Source: Thermoanaerobaculia bacterium (GTDB lineage: Bacteria > Acidobacteriota > Thermoanaerobaculia > UBA5066). Taken from it: a DNA stretch of 50,848 bases. The stretch spans positions 1 through 50,848 of the forward strand of contig JBBRRY010000029.1 in the NCBI GenBank assembly GCA_038245905.1, in the 5' to 3' direction. The notes below the pieces were generated by a model. It worked only from the letters and a program-made list of their open reading frames with translations. It was not told where the DNA came from and searched no databases. Below are positions 16,398 through 27,650 of this stretch, in pieces; position 1 is the stretch's first letter, and each line of letters opens with the position of its first letter. The position numbers were made by a program, and so were the translations under genes.

Positions 16398-18137
16398 GTG
16401 AGCTTCGACGACGACGCCCGCGCCGGTGCCGAACGCCTCCTCGCCGCGTGGGACGCGTACGCGAGGGCGTTCGCGGCGATCACGCGGAGGGCTCCTGTGC
16501 GCTTCTCGGCGCGCGACTGGCGCGGCGGGCGCGCGGACGCGCTCGAGCGCCTCGAGCTCTACCGGGCGACCGTCGACCCCGCCGTCCAGGATCTCGCCCG
16601 GATCCTCGGCCCCGGCGTCGAGGACAAGCGCGTCTGGGCGGGCATGAAGGCGTGCTTTTCGGCGCTCGTCGCGGGGCGGCGCGACGCCGAGCTCCTCGAG
16701 ACGTTCTTCAACTCGTCCTCGCGCAAGATCTTCCACACCGTCGGAGTCGACGACCGCGCCGAATTCGTGACGCCCCAGCCCGCGCCGCTCCCAGTCGAGC
16801 CCGCTGGGCGCTTCCTAGCCTCATGGGACGGCCGGCCCGGCCGGGAGGCGGCGATCCGAAGCGCGCTGCACGCGGTCCCGTTCGCGGTCGGGTGGGAGGA
16901 CGTCGCGCGCGATGCCGCGCTTGCGACCCGGAAGCTCGACGCCGTCCTGACCGAGGCCTGGGGCGCGCCTGCCTTCGACGCGCTCGACCTCCTCAGGCCC
17001 GTCTTTTTCCGGAGCAAGGGCGCTTACCTCGTGGGGCGCGTCCGCAAGGGCGACCGGCAGCGCCCCGTCGTCTTCGCGCTCCTGAATCGGAGCGGCCGCG
17101 TCGTCGTCGACGCCGTCCTCTGCGACGAGGACGATGTCTCCATCGTCTTCAGCTTCACGCGCTCGTACTTCCACGTGGACGCCGAGCACCCGGCCGCGCT
17201 CGTCGCGTTCCTCGAGACTCTGATGCCGAAGAAACCCGTCGGCGAGCTTTACAACGCCCTCGGCTTCAACAAGCACGGCAAGACCGAGCTGTACCGCGGC
17301 CTCCTCCGCCACCTCGCGGCCTCGGACGACCGGTTCGTCGAGGCGCCTGGCGCGCGCGGCATGGTCATGCTCGTCTTCACGCTTCCGTCCTACGACGTCG
17401 TCTTCAAGGTCATCCGCGACTCCTTCGCGCCCCCGAAGACCGCGAGCCGGGGGGACGTCCTCGACAAGTACCGGCTCGTCTTCCGTCACACGCGTGCAGG
17501 TCGCCTCGCGGACGTGCAGGAGTTCGAGCACCTCTCCTTCCCGGTCGCGCGCTTCGACCCAGCGCTCCTCGGCGCCCTCCTGAAGAGCGCGGCCGAGACC
17601 GTCGAGGTCCGTGGGGACGAAGTCGTCCTCCACCACCTCTTCACGGAACGGCGCCTCACGCCGCTCGATCTCTACCTCCGGGACGCGTCTCCCGAGAGGG
17701 CCCGGGCCGCGATCATCGACTTCGGCGACGCGATCCGGGACCTGGCAAAGGCGAACATCTTCCCGGGCGACCTCCTCACGAAGAACTTCGGCCTGACGCG
17801 GCACGGCCGTGTCGTCTTCTACGACTACGACGAGATCGCGTTCCTGACAGACGTGAACTTCCGCGAGCTGCCGGCCGGGGCCGACGAGGACACCGGGGGC
17901 TCGGAGCCGTCGTTTTACGTGGGTGAGAACGACGTCTTCCCCGAGGAGTTCCTCACCTTCATGGGCCTCCGGGGCGCCGCGCGCGATGGATTCCTCGAGC
18001 GGCACTCCGACCTCCTCGGCGTGCGGTTCTGGCTCGAGACCCAGCGGCGGGAGCGCGCCAGCGAGATCGTGGACGTCTTCCCGTACCCGCCGGAGAGTCG
18101 CATCCAGGCGCACGATTCCGAGGAGCGGCGCACATGA
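16398..18137 (+). CDS. aceK: Bifunctional isocitrate dehydrogenase kinase/phosphatase
   Basis: ETFFNS, VFSFTRSYF, KHGKTELYR, APGARGMVMLVF, VFKVIRD, IFPGDLLTKNFG, RVVFYDYDEI, NDVFPEEF. Confidence 0.96.
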   Translation: MSFDDDARAGAERLLAAWDAYARAFAAITRRAPVRFSARDWRGGRADALERLELYRATVDPAVQDLARILGPGVEDKRVWAGMKACFSALVAGRRDAELLETFFNSSSRKIFHTVGVDDRAEFVTPQPAPLPVEPAGRFLASWDGRPGREAAIRSALHAVPFAVGWEDVARDAALATRKLDAVLTEAWGAPAFDALDLLRPVFFRSKGAYLVGRVRKGDRQRPVVFALLNRSGRVVVDAVLCDEDDVSIVFSFTRSYFHVDAEHPAALVAFLETLMPKKPVGELYNALGFNKHGKTELYRGLLRHLAASDDRFVEAPGARGMVMLVFTLPSYDVVFKVIRDSFAPPKTASRGDVLDKYRLVFRHTRAGRLADVQEFEHLSFPVARFDPALLGALLKSAAETVEVRGDEVVLHHLFTERRLTPLDLYLRDASPERARAAIIDFGDAIRDLAKANIFPGDLLTKNFGLTRHGRVVFYDYDEIAFLTDVNFRELPAGADEDTGGSEPSFYVGENDVFPEEFLTFMGLRGAARDGFLERHSDLLGVRFWLETQRRERASEIVDVFPYPPESRIQAHDSEERRT

Positions 18138-20461
18138 AGGAATGGGCACGCAGACATCCATTCGCCTTCTTTCTCCTCCTTCACTCCGCGGGCGTCGCAC
18201 TCTTCTTCTCGCCCGCGATCCCGATTCGCGGAATCGTCGTGCCGGCCGAGCTCCTTCATGCGTTCTATCCGTGGGGCTCCTACCTCCAGACGCACCTCGA
18301 CCACAACGCGGAGCTGCCCGACGTCATCCTGCAGTTCTATCCGTGGTTCGTGAGATGGGGTGAGGAGCTCCGCTCGGGCCACTGGCCGCTGTGGAACGCC
18401 GATTCGGGCCTCGGCCTGCCGTTCGCGGCAAACCCCCAGACCGCATCCTGGTTTCCGCTGACGTTCCTCGCCCTGCTGGGCCCCTGGGCATGGTCCCTCG
18501 TCCTCGCGAGCCGCCTCTTGGTCGCGGGAGCGTCCTCCTTTCTCTGGCTGCGCTCCCTCGGCCGTTCTCGCGCGGCTTCGACGCTTGGGGGTCTCGCGTA
18601 CGCGTACTCGCTTCCCTTCGTGACGTGGCTCGCATGGCCGCACGCGAACGTCAACATGCTGCTGCCGGTTCTCCTCCTGTGGGCGGTCAAGCTCGCGCGT
18701 GCCCCCGGCCCCGGTCCCGCCTGCGGCCTCGCCCTCACGCTCTTCGCGATGCATCTCGGCGGCCATCCGGAGTCGGCGTTTCTCGCCGTGCTCGCCGCCT
18801 TTCTCGTCTGGGCGTTCTCCCTGGCGAAGTCGCCCCGGGGGACAACCGCGCGGTCGGCCGTCTTCCTCGCCCTCGGAGGTGTCCTCGGCACTCTGGCCGC
18901 CGCGATCCAGCTCGTCCCCTTTCTCGAGTACTTCGCCCGCAGCCGAGTCCTCCTCGAGCCGGGTCACGAGTCGAAGATTCTGGCGAAGTCGTGGCTTGTG
19001 ACGTGGATCGTCCCGCTCTTCTTCGGCCGTCCGATGGACGGCACGAAGTGGCCCGACCACGCCGGCTTTCTCGACTCTGCAGCCTTCGCGGGTACTTCGA
19101 TGCTGTGCCTCGCGGGGATCGCGGTCGTCACGGTGCGCCTGCGCCGGATCGGGCCGATCCTCGCTTGCGGTGCGCTGCCGGTGGCCCTGGCCTACGGCCT
19201 TCCGCCCATTTCCCTCCTCGGAGCCGTCCCGCCGCTCGACCGGACGGCGACGCACCGGTCTCTCCATATCGCGGCGCTCGCCGTCGCGACGCTCGGAGCA
19301 TTTGGCTGGGATCGCCTTCTCGCGTTCGTGAGAGCGCGGAGGCGGCGAGACGTGTGGCGTCTCTTCGCCGTGCCTGCACTTCTCGCCGCCGCTGCGGTCG
19401 CCTGTGTCCTGACTCTCGGGCGCGCCGTGCCGGACCGACTCCTCGGCGCAACCGCGGTGCCGGAAACGCGACTCGCTCTCCTTTTCCTTTTCGGTCCACT
19501 CTTCCTCGCGCTCTTCTCGTCCCGGCCCGGGGCTCTGCGGACGCTAGCGGCCTTCACGCTCCTGACGTTCGATCTCTGGCACGTCGCATTCGACTACCAC
19601 GGCGCCGTGGCCCCCGGCCTCTCGTTCTTCCCCACCCGGCTCACCGACTTCCTGCGTCGGGACGCGGGCCACCCGAGGGTCGTGCCGCTCGGCCGCGTGA
19701 TGCCGCCGAATCTGAACCTCCCGTACGACATTGCGAGCGTCATGTCCTACGACGCGATCGACTCGCTCGAGCAGGCGATCTTCCTCCGGAAGCTCGGCGG
19801 CTTCGATGCCCGGTATTTCTTCAGCCCCGTCGATCTGGAGAGGCTCGCGAACCCGCGGGTCGCCGAGCTCGCGGCTCTCAAGTACTGGCTGGACCAACCG
19901 CTGAACCCGCGGCTCGACACACCGGAGTTCGAGGGGCGGACGGGTCTTAGGTTCTCGCTCGTTTACGACGAGCCCGACGGGCGGGTCTACGAGCTGTCTC
20001 ACGTGCTGCCGCGCGTGCGATTCGCGGGCCGCGCCACGGCCGACCCGGGCCTCAAGACGTTCGACCGTCTTCTCGAGGGCCGTGACGAGAGGGCGAGCCG
20101 GGAGCTCTTCGTGGACGCGGTGGGTCCGCCGGTTGGAGACGGAAGGCCCGGGCACGTCGCTCTCCTCTCTCGCCGCTCCGGCGCGGTCGAGACGATGGTC
20201 GAAAGCGAGGGCGGCGGCTGGCTCGTCCTCGCCGATGCCTTCGACCCCGGCTGGACCGCGACCGTCGGCGGCCAGCCCGCGCCGGTCTACCGCGTCAACG
20301 GTCCCTTCATGGCCGTTCCCGTTCCGGCCGGATCCTCGGTCGTGAGCGTTCGGTACCGCCCCAGATCCCTCCTCCTCGGCGCGGCGCTCTCACTCCTCGG
20401 GCTTGCCGCACTCGCCTTTCTCGGTCGTCCTCCGCGGGAAGCGCCGCGCGCTACTCGATGA
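18134..20461 (+). CDS. YfhO-family polytopic membrane protein (GT-C glycosyltransferase-like)
   Basis: D..LQFYPW, PLWNADSGLGLPFAANPQ, GGHPE, many TM helices, C-terminal LVLADAFDPGWTATV..VRYRP. Confidence 0.85.
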   Translation: MKEWARRHPFAFFLLLHSAGVALFFSPAIPIRGIVVPAELLHAFYPWGSYLQTHLDHNAELPDVILQFYPWFVRWGEELRSGHWPLWNADSGLGLPFAANPQTASWFPLTFLALLGPWAWSLVLASRLLVAGASSFLWLRSLGRSRAASTLGGLAYAYSLPFVTWLAWPHANVNMLLPVLLLWAVKLARAPGPGPACGLALTLFAMHLGGHPESAFLAVLAAFLVWAFSLAKSPRGTTARSAVFLALGGVLGTLAAAIQLVPFLEYFARSRVLLEPGHESKILAKSWLVTWIVPLFFGRPMDGTKWPDHAGFLDSAAFAGTSMLCLAGIAVVTVRLRRIGPILACGALPVALAYGLPPISLLGAVPPLDRTATHRSLHIAALAVATLGAFGWDRLLAFVRARRRRDVWRLFAVPALLAAAAVACVLTLGRAVPDRLLGATAVPETRLALLFLFGPLFLALFSSRPGALRTLAAFTLLTFDLWHVAFDYHGAVAPGLSFFPTRLTDFLRRDAGHPRVVPLGRVMPPNLNLPYDIASVMSYDAIDSLEQAIFLRKLGGFDARYFFSPVDLERLANPRVAELAALKYWLDQPLNPRLDTPEFEGRTGLRFSLVYDEPDGRVYELSHVLPRVRFAGRATADPGLKTFDRLLEGRDERASRELFVDAVGPPVGDGRPGHVALLSRRSGAVETMVESEGGGWLVLADAFDPGWTATVGGQPAPVYRVNGPFMAVPVPAGSSVVSVRYRPRSLLLGAALSLLGLAALAFLGRPPREAPRATR

Positions 20462-21599
20462 CGTGAATGTTCCGCTTCGCGCACATCTCCTTCAGGACCT
20501 TCGGCCACGCGGTGACGCTGACTTCGCCGAGATGCGCCTTCCGGAGCAGGAGCATCAGCACCCGCGATTGCCCGATACCCCCTCCGATCGACAGCGGGAG
20601 CGTGCCGTTCGCGATGCCCTGATGGTAGGGGTATTTCAGGAAGTGGAGCTGGTGCGTGAGCTCGAGCTGCTTCTGGAGCGTCTCGGCGTTCACGCGGACG
20701 CCCATGGACGAGAGCTCGTGGCGCCGCTTCGTGACCGGATTCCAGACGAGGATGTCGCCGTTCAGGCCATGCATCATCCGGCCGTCGTTCGTATGGGTCG
20801 GCGTGACCCAGTCGTCATAGTCCGCCGCGCGCATCTCGTGCGGATAGCCGTCCTTCAGTGTCCAGCCGATGCCGTAGATGAAGACCGCCGGATGATCCTT
20901 GAGGATGGCGTTCTCGCGGGCCTTGCGCGGGAGGTCGGGGAAGCGGTCGAGGATTTCCTCGGCATGCAGAAACGTGAGTTTCTCCGGCAGGCGCGGGAGC
21001 TGCTTTTTCTTCAGATCGGGGAAGGCGTCGAGCGCGAAGTCCTCGGCGCCCTTCAGGACCTTCCAGATGCCCTCGACCGTCTTCGTGAGGAATTCGAGAC
21101 TGCGCTGGTCCTGGGTGATGACTTTCTCCCAGTCCCACTGGTCGACGTAGGCGCTGTGATCGTGATCGAGGAAGTAGTCCTTGCGCACCGCGCGCATGTC
21201 GGTTACGAGCCCTTCGCCGGGCTTCATCCCGAACTGCTGGAGCGCGACCCTTTTCCATTTCGTGGCCGCCTGGACGACCTGCCCGTCTATGGGATGCACG
21301 CCGTGGTCGTTCGCGATGCGAAACGTGACGGGGCCCCGCGAACCGTCGCGGTCGAGGTAGTCGTTCACGCCGCTCTCGGCGTCGACGATGAGCGGGACCT
21401 CCACCCGCATGAGGTTCAGCTCACGGCAGAGGCCGTCTTCGATAAAGCGCTTGACGGCGGTGATGGCCCGCTGCGTTTCCTTCGGGTCGAGCAGCGGCTT
21501 GTAGTCCATCGGGAGCACCTTCTCAAGCTCCTCGTAGCTTCCAATGCCCGGACCTGCGAGGTCCGCTTTCTTGTCGAGAACTTCGGTTTTGATTTTCAC
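20451..21599 (-). CDS. asnA: Aspartate--ammonia ligase
   Basis: VQAATKWKR, DMRAVRKD, HSAYVDQWDWE, RAADYDDW, LNGDIL, ELSSMGVRV, SIGGGIGQSR. Confidence 0.95.
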   Translation of the reverse strand: MKIKTEVLDKKADLAGPGIGSYEELEKVLPMDYKPLLDPKETQRAITAVKRFIEDGLCRELNLMRVEVPLIVDAESGVNDYLDRDGSRGPVTFRIANDHGVHPIDGQVVQAATKWKRVALQQFGMKPGEGLVTDMRAVRKDYFLDHDHSAYVDQWDWEKVITQDQRSLEFLTKTVEGIWKVLKGAEDFALDAFPDLKKKQLPRLPEKLTFLHAEEILDRFPDLPRKARENAILKDHPAVFIYGIGWTLKDGYPHEMRAADYDDWVTPTHTNDGRMMHGLNGDILVWNPVTKRRHELSSMGVRVNAETLQKQLELTHQLHFLKYPYHQGIANGTLPLSIGGGIGQSRVLMLLLRKAHLGEVSVTAWPKVLKEMCAKRNIHVIE

Positions 21600-21735
21600 G
21601 GTGTGGGGTCCTTATCTTTGAGTCCATTCAAAACATGCTTCCGGGAGCCCACAGGGTGTCTGGTGCAGATGCATCAGGCGGCGAACGCACACCGCCCGTT
21701 CGCCTATGATTCGCGCCCACGAAGGAGGTTTCCTC

Positions 21736-23040
<1,305 letters not shown>

Positions 23041-23050
23041 GGAAGAAACG

Positions 23051-23908
23051 ATGAAGGTCCTCGTCCTCGGCGGCACGGGCACGGTCGGATCGCAGGTCGT
23101 GAGAGAGCTTCTTGCGCGCGGCGCGGGGGTCTCCGTGCTGACACGCGATCCGAAGAAGCATCTGCCCCCGGGAGTGAAGGCCGTGACCGGCGACCTGCTC
23201 GACCCCGAGACGATCCGCAACGTCTTTGCCGGACAGGACGGCGTCTTCCTGCTCAATGCCGTCAGCGCAACCGAGTGCCACGAGGGTCTCATGGCCGTGA
23301 ACGGCGCTCGGATGGCAGGCGTGAAGAAGGTCGTCTACCTGTCGGTGCAGGACGTCGACAAGGCGCCCCACCTCCCGCACTTCGGGGCGAAGCTCGGGGT
23401 CGAGGCGGCTCTCAGGGCCTCGGGTCTCGGGTTCACGATCCTTCGGCCGAACAACTTCTTCCAGAACGACGCCTGGTACAAGGACGTCATGCTCTCCTAC
23501 GACGTGTACCCGCAGCCTTTCGGCGACGTCGGACTGTCGCGCGTGGACGTCCGCGACATCGCCGAGGCCGCCGCGATCGCGCTCACGCCCGGCGCGGCGG
23601 ACGGCGAGACGCTGAACCTAGTCGGTCCGGACGTCCTGACGGCGACGGCGACGGCGGCGACGTGGGCCGGCGTCCTCGGCCGGAAGATCGCATACGGCGG
23701 GAACGATCTCGACGCATGGGAGAAGCAGTCTCTCGCGTTCCTCCCCGCCTTCCTGGTCTTCGACTTCAGGCTCATGTACGCGTTCTTCCAGGAGAGGGGC
23801 CTCAAGGCCACGCCTGCCGACGTCGCGCGTTTGACCGCCCTCCTCGGGCACCCGCCCCGGCGCTTCGACGAGTTCGCCGCCGAGACGGCGCGTTCCTGGA
23901 GCGTCTGA
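23051..23908 (+). CDS. NmrA-like NAD(P)-binding atypical SDR
   Basis: [34 protein letters not shown]. Confidence 0.88.
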   Translation: MKVLVLGGTGTVGSQVVRELLARGAGVSVLTRDPKKHLPPGVKAVTGDLLDPETIRNVFAGQDGVFLLNAVSATECHEGLMAVNGARMAGVKKVVYLSVQDVDKAPHLPHFGAKLGVEAALRASGLGFTILRPNNFFQNDAWYKDVMLSYDVYPQPFGDVGLSRVDVRDIAEAAAIALTPGAADGETLNLVGPDVLTATATAATWAGVLGRKIAYGGNDLDAWEKQSLAFLPAFLVFDFRLMYAFFQERGLKATPADVARLTALLGHPPRRFDEFAAETARSWSV

Positions 23909-23937
23909 CCGCTTCTCGAGAAGGTAGGATCGGGCCC

Positions 23938-24441
23938 ATGAAGAAGGCCGCGCGCCCGGGGCTTCCCCTCGTCGGCGTCGTCATGGGCTCGACGTCCGAC
24001 TGGGAGACGATGCAGTACGCCGCTCAGACGCTCGAGGCCTTCGGCGTGCCGCTCGAAAAGCGGGTCGTCTCGGCCCACAGGACGCCGAAGCTCCTCGCGT
24101 CGTACGCCGAGCGGGCCGAGACACGCGGGATCGAGGTCATCATCGCGGGCGCCGGCGGCGCGGCGCACCTGCCCGGCATGCTTGCGGCACAGACGGTTGT
24201 TCCCGTCCTCGGCGTGCCCGTCGAGAGCCGCGCGCTCGAGGGACTCGACTCGCTCCTCTCGATCGCCCAGATGCCTGCAGGCGTCCCCGTCGGCACGCTC
24301 GCGATCGGTAAGGCCGGAGCCATCAACGCCGCGCTCCTCGCGATCGGGATTCTCTCAATTTCGCGCCCCGATCTCCGAAAGCGGCTCCACGCGTTTCGAG
24401 CGAAGCAGACGAAGACGGTTCTCGCCGCGATCCTGCCGTGA
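23938..24441 (+). CDS. purE: N5-carboxyaminoimidazole ribonucleotide mutase
   Basis: [35 protein letters not shown]. Confidence 0.97.
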   Translation: MKKAARPGLPLVGVVMGSTSDWETMQYAAQTLEAFGVPLEKRVVSAHRTPKLLASYAERAETRGIEVIIAGAGGAAHLPGMLAAQTVVPVLGVPVESRALEGLDSLLSIAQMPAGVPVGTLAIGKAGAINAALLAIGILSISRPDLRKRLHAFRAKQTKTVLAAILP

Positions 24442-25574
24442 TCGTTCCGCCCGGTTCGGTCGTCGGCGTCCTCGGCAGCGGGCAGCTCGGACGCATGTTT
24501 GCGCTCTCGGCCCGCGCGATGGGCTACCGCGTCCATACGTACTCGCCCGAGGAGGACTCCCCGACGGGCCACATCGCCGATGTCGAGGTTTCGGCGCCGT
24601 ACGAGGATCTCGATCGGCTGAGAGACTTCGCGAAAGCGATTGACGTGCTCACGTTCGAGTTCGAGAACGTGCCGCGGGTCGCTCTGGATGCAGTGGCCGA
24701 AATCGTCACGATCCATCCCTCGGCCGAGGCGCTCTGGGTGAGTCAGAACAGGGAGAGAGAGAAAGATTTTCTTAGAAGGGTGAAAATCCCCGTTGCGCCG
24801 TGGGCGGTGGTGCGCACGAGCGAGGAGCTCGCGTCGGCCCTCGTGTCCGTCGGCGCCCCCGCCGTCCTCAAGACGGCCGCATTTGGGTACGACGGGAAGG
24901 GCCAAGCGAGGGTTCATTCGAAGAATCCCTCTGAGGCGGATGCGGGATGGGCCGCCCTCGGTCGTGTGCCCTGCGTCCTCGAGGCGTTCGTCGATTTCCA
25001 GCGTGAGGTTTCCGTCGTGGCAGCGTGCGGGCTCGCTGGCGACGTCGCATTCTTCCCGGTTTTCGAGAACGAACACTCCCGGCACATCCTCGACGTGACC
25101 CGCGCCCCGGCTCGTCTTTCACGATTCGAAGAAAAGCAAGCCCACGAAATAGCGCGGACAATTCTCGACGCGCTGAACTACGTTGGCGTTCTCTGCATCG
25201 AGTTCTTCCACACCCGGGACGGCCGGCTCCTCGTGAACGAGATTGCGCCGCGCCCGCACAACTCGGGGCACCTGACGATCGACGCCTGCGTCACGAGCCA
25301 GTTCGAACAGCAGCTCCGCGCCGTCTGTGGGCTTCCGCTCGGGTCGACGGAGCTGCTCCGGCCCGCCGCGATGGCGAACCTCCTCGGCGACCTCTGGGCC
25401 GGCGGCGCCCCCCGCTGGAAAAAGGCATGCTCGATCCCGGGCGTCGCGCTCCACCTCTATGGAAAGAAGGAGCCGCGCCCGGGCCGAAAAATGGGCCACC
25501 TGACCGCCCTCGCGAACACTCCGGACGAGGCGCGCCGCCTCGTCCTTTCGGCGCGCGCCGCGCTGACAACCTGA
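24438..25574 (+). CDS. purK: N5-carboxyaminoimidazole ribonucleotide synthase
   Basis: [48 protein letters not shown]; GTGA overlap with purE. Confidence 0.97.
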   Translation: MIVPPGSVVGVLGSGQLGRMFALSARAMGYRVHTYSPEEDSPTGHIADVEVSAPYEDLDRLRDFAKAIDVLTFEFENVPRVALDAVAEIVTIHPSAEALWVSQNREREKDFLRRVKIPVAPWAVVRTSEELASALVSVGAPAVLKTAAFGYDGKGQARVHSKNPSEADAGWAALGRVPCVLEAFVDFQREVSVVAACGLAGDVAFFPVFENEHSRHILDVTRAPARLSRFEEKQAHEIARTILDALNYVGVLCIEFFHTRDGRLLVNEIAPRPHNSGHLTIDACVTSQFEQQLRAVCGLPLGSTELLRPAAMANLLGDLWAGGAPRWKKACSIPGVALHLYGKKEPRPGRKMGHLTALANTPDEARRLVLSARAALTT

Positions 25575-25596
25575 AATCCGCTCGAGGAAAACCGAC

Positions 25597-26133
25597 ATGC
25601 AAATCCGCGCTGCCGCTCTTGCCCTCGCCTCCGCGTTCGCCCTTTCCGGCTCCGCCCTTGCGGCCGGCATCCCCGAGAAGCTCGACGCCGCGAGCTACCA
25701 GCGCCTTTCGCCGAGTCTCGCCGTATCGGGCAAGCCCTCGAAGGGGGCCCTCGCGTCGCTGAAGGAGGCCGGCTTCCACACCGCGATCGACTTGAGGCAG
25801 CCGTCCGAGGGCGTGCCTTCCGCCCGCGCGGCCGTCGAGGCGCAGGGCCTCACGTTCGTTTCTGTTCCGGTGTCCCCAGAGACATTTTCCCTGGACGATG
25901 CAGAGAGAGTCGCGGCCGTCCTATCCGATCAGGGCACCGCGCCCGTCCTCCTCTTCTGCTCGAGCAGCAACCGCGTCGGCGGCGTCATCGCCGTCGTCGA
26001 GCGGATGCGGGGCCGGTCGAAGGAGGAGGCCCTTGCCGAAGGAAAGAAGGCCGGCCTCAAGAGCGCCGCAATGGAGAAGGCGGTCCTCAAGGTCCTCGAC
26101 GAGGCCCCCGCGAAGGCCGCCGTCGGGAAGTAA
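25597..26133 (+). CDS. Exported DUF442/PTP-like Cys-dependent sulfurtransferase or phosphatase
   Basis: Signal peptide; SGKP, IDLRQPSE, PVLLFCSSSNRVG (Cx4R loop). Confidence 0.75.
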   Translation: MQIRAAALALASAFALSGSALAAGIPEKLDAASYQRLSPSLAVSGKPSKGALASLKEAGFHTAIDLRQPSEGVPSARAAVEAQGLTFVSVPVSPETFSLDDAERVAAVLSDQGTAPVLLFCSSSNRVGGVIAVVERMRGRSKEEALAEGKKAGLKSAAMEKAVLKVLDEAPAKAAVGK

Positions 26134-26141
26134 AGCCTGGT

Positions 26142-27611
26142 TCAGTCCCCCGGACCTTCGGCGAGCGCGTCGACGACACGCTCGAGTTTCATTCCGCGGC
26201 TCCCCTTCACGAGGAGGACGTCTCCCGCGCGGAGGCACGGCCTCAGCCAGGCGAGAAGCGGCCCGATCTCGGTGAAGTGGGCCGAGGAAGAAGAAGAGGA
26301 GGAGGAAGAAGAAGATAGGAATTCTTTGAAGGTAAGAGAGGAACGGGGGCCGAAAAAGGCGGCCAGTCCGACGCCCGACTCATGCGCCCGCCGCCCCAGG
26401 TCGCGGTGCGCCTCCTCTTCGAACGCTCCCAGCTCGAGCATGTCGCCGAGAACCACGACCGCCCGCCCCTTGTTCGCGGCCGTGAGGCTCGCGAGTGTCG
26501 CGAGGGCTGCTTCCATCGAGGCGGGCGAAGCGTTGTAGCAATCGTCGAGGATCGTGACGCCGCCGGTCCCGGCGACGACGCGCGAGCGGTGCGAATAGGG
26601 ACGGGACGAAGAGAGACCCCGGGAGATTTCTTCGAGTGTGTAAGAGAGGGAAAGAGCCACGGCCGCAGCCGCCGCCGCATTCATGGCGTTGTGCTCTCCG
26701 ACAAAGCCAAGCCTCACGGTGACTCTGCGAAGCTGCAGCTCGATGCCGGGATGCGAACGGCGTGCGTCAGGGCCTCCCTCCCATTTTTCACCTTCCAAGA
26801 GAATTTCTTGCCCTTCCACACCGAGAGGCGTGATGGACAGAAGACGGACGTCCGCCAAGGCGCTCTTACCAAAAAATATCTTCTTCACGCCGCTCGCGAC
26901 CCTCTCCGCCTGCGCCATGCAGCGCGGGTCGTCCGCATTGACGACCGCGACCGAGCCGGGCAGCAGCCCACGGTACAGCTCCCCTTCCGCCTCGGCGACG
27001 CCGTCCAGGTCCTTCAAGAGCTCAAGGTGTTCGGCGGCGATGAGCGTCACCACTGCGACGTCCGGTTTCGCCAGGTCCGTGAGCCGTCGAAGCTCGCCCG
27101 GCGAGGACATCCCAAGCTCGAGTACGGCGGCGCGGTGCTCCGCCGCCAGACGGAAGAGCGTGAGCGGGACGCCCACCTCGTTGTTGAGGTTTCCCTCCGT
27201 CGCGAGCGCGGGCCCGCGAGTCTTGAGGATCGCCGCGAGCATCTCTTTCGTCGTCGTCTTGCCGTTCGATCCCGCGACTGCCGCAACGGGGATCGCGAAC
27301 CGCCGCCGGTGGAACGCCGCGAGCGACCCGAGCGCAGAGAGCGTGTCGTCGACCTCGAAGAGCGGGAGGCTCGGAACGTCCGGCGTCCCCTTCCGGACGA
27401 CGGCTCCCCCCGCGCCCTTTGCCCGCGCCTCGCCGAGGAAGTCGTGCGCGTCGAAGCGCTCGCCCTCGAGCGCGACGAAGAGCGCGCCGGGCACGAGCGC
27501 CCGCGTGTCCGTCGAGACCGACCCGAAGGCCTTCGGCGGCGCCGAGGGTCGCGCCGCCCCCGTCGCCAATGCCACTTCTTCGGCCGTGAAGAGAGGCTCA
27601 GCCCTTGACGT
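26142..27611 (-). CDS. murF: UDP-MurNAc-tripeptide--D-Ala-D-Ala ligase. Start uncertain: ACG 27611 or GTG 27575
   Basis: STDTR, LFVALEGERFDAH, VAGSNGKTTTKEM, NLNNEVGVPLT, NADDP, DDCYNASPASM, LGDMLELG, LVKGSRGMKLE. Confidence 0.93.
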   Translation of the reverse strand, partial: TSRAEPLFTAEEVALATGAARPSAPPKAFGSVSTDTRALVPGALFVALEGERFDAHDFLGEARAKGAGGAVVRKGTPDVPSLPLFEVDDTLSALGSLAAFHRRRFAIPVAAVAGSNGKTTTKEMLAAILKTRGPALATEGNLNNEVGVPLTLFRLAAEHRAAVLELGMSSPGELRRLTDLAKPDVAVVTLIAAEHLELLKDLDGVAEAEGELYRGLLPGSVAVVNADDPRCMAQAERVASGVKKIFFGKSALADVRLLSITPLGVEGQEILLEGEKWEGGPDARRSHPGIELQLRRVTVRLGFVGEHNAMNAAAAAAVALSLSYTLEEISRGLSSSRPYSHRSRVVAGTGGVTILDDCYNASPASMEAALATLASLTAANKGRAVVVLGDMLELGAFEEEAHRDLGRRAHESGVGLAAFFGPRSSLTFKEFLSSSSSSSSSSSAHFTEIGPLLAWLRPCLRAGDVLLVKGSRGMKLERVVDALAEGPGD

Positions 27612-27650
27612 AGCGTTCCTCTCCGACGTCTCTCCGGGAGGAAACCCGGC

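Noticed and set aside
13468-16401. 977-aa plus-strand ORF
   Set aside because: Antisense shadow of ychF and the ATP-grasp gene; no recognisable motifs; long stop-free shadows are expected at this GC content.
23639-23656. (ACGGCG)3 tandem repeat
   Set aside because: A short in-frame Thr-Ala repeat within the NmrA-like gene; no sign of phase variation.
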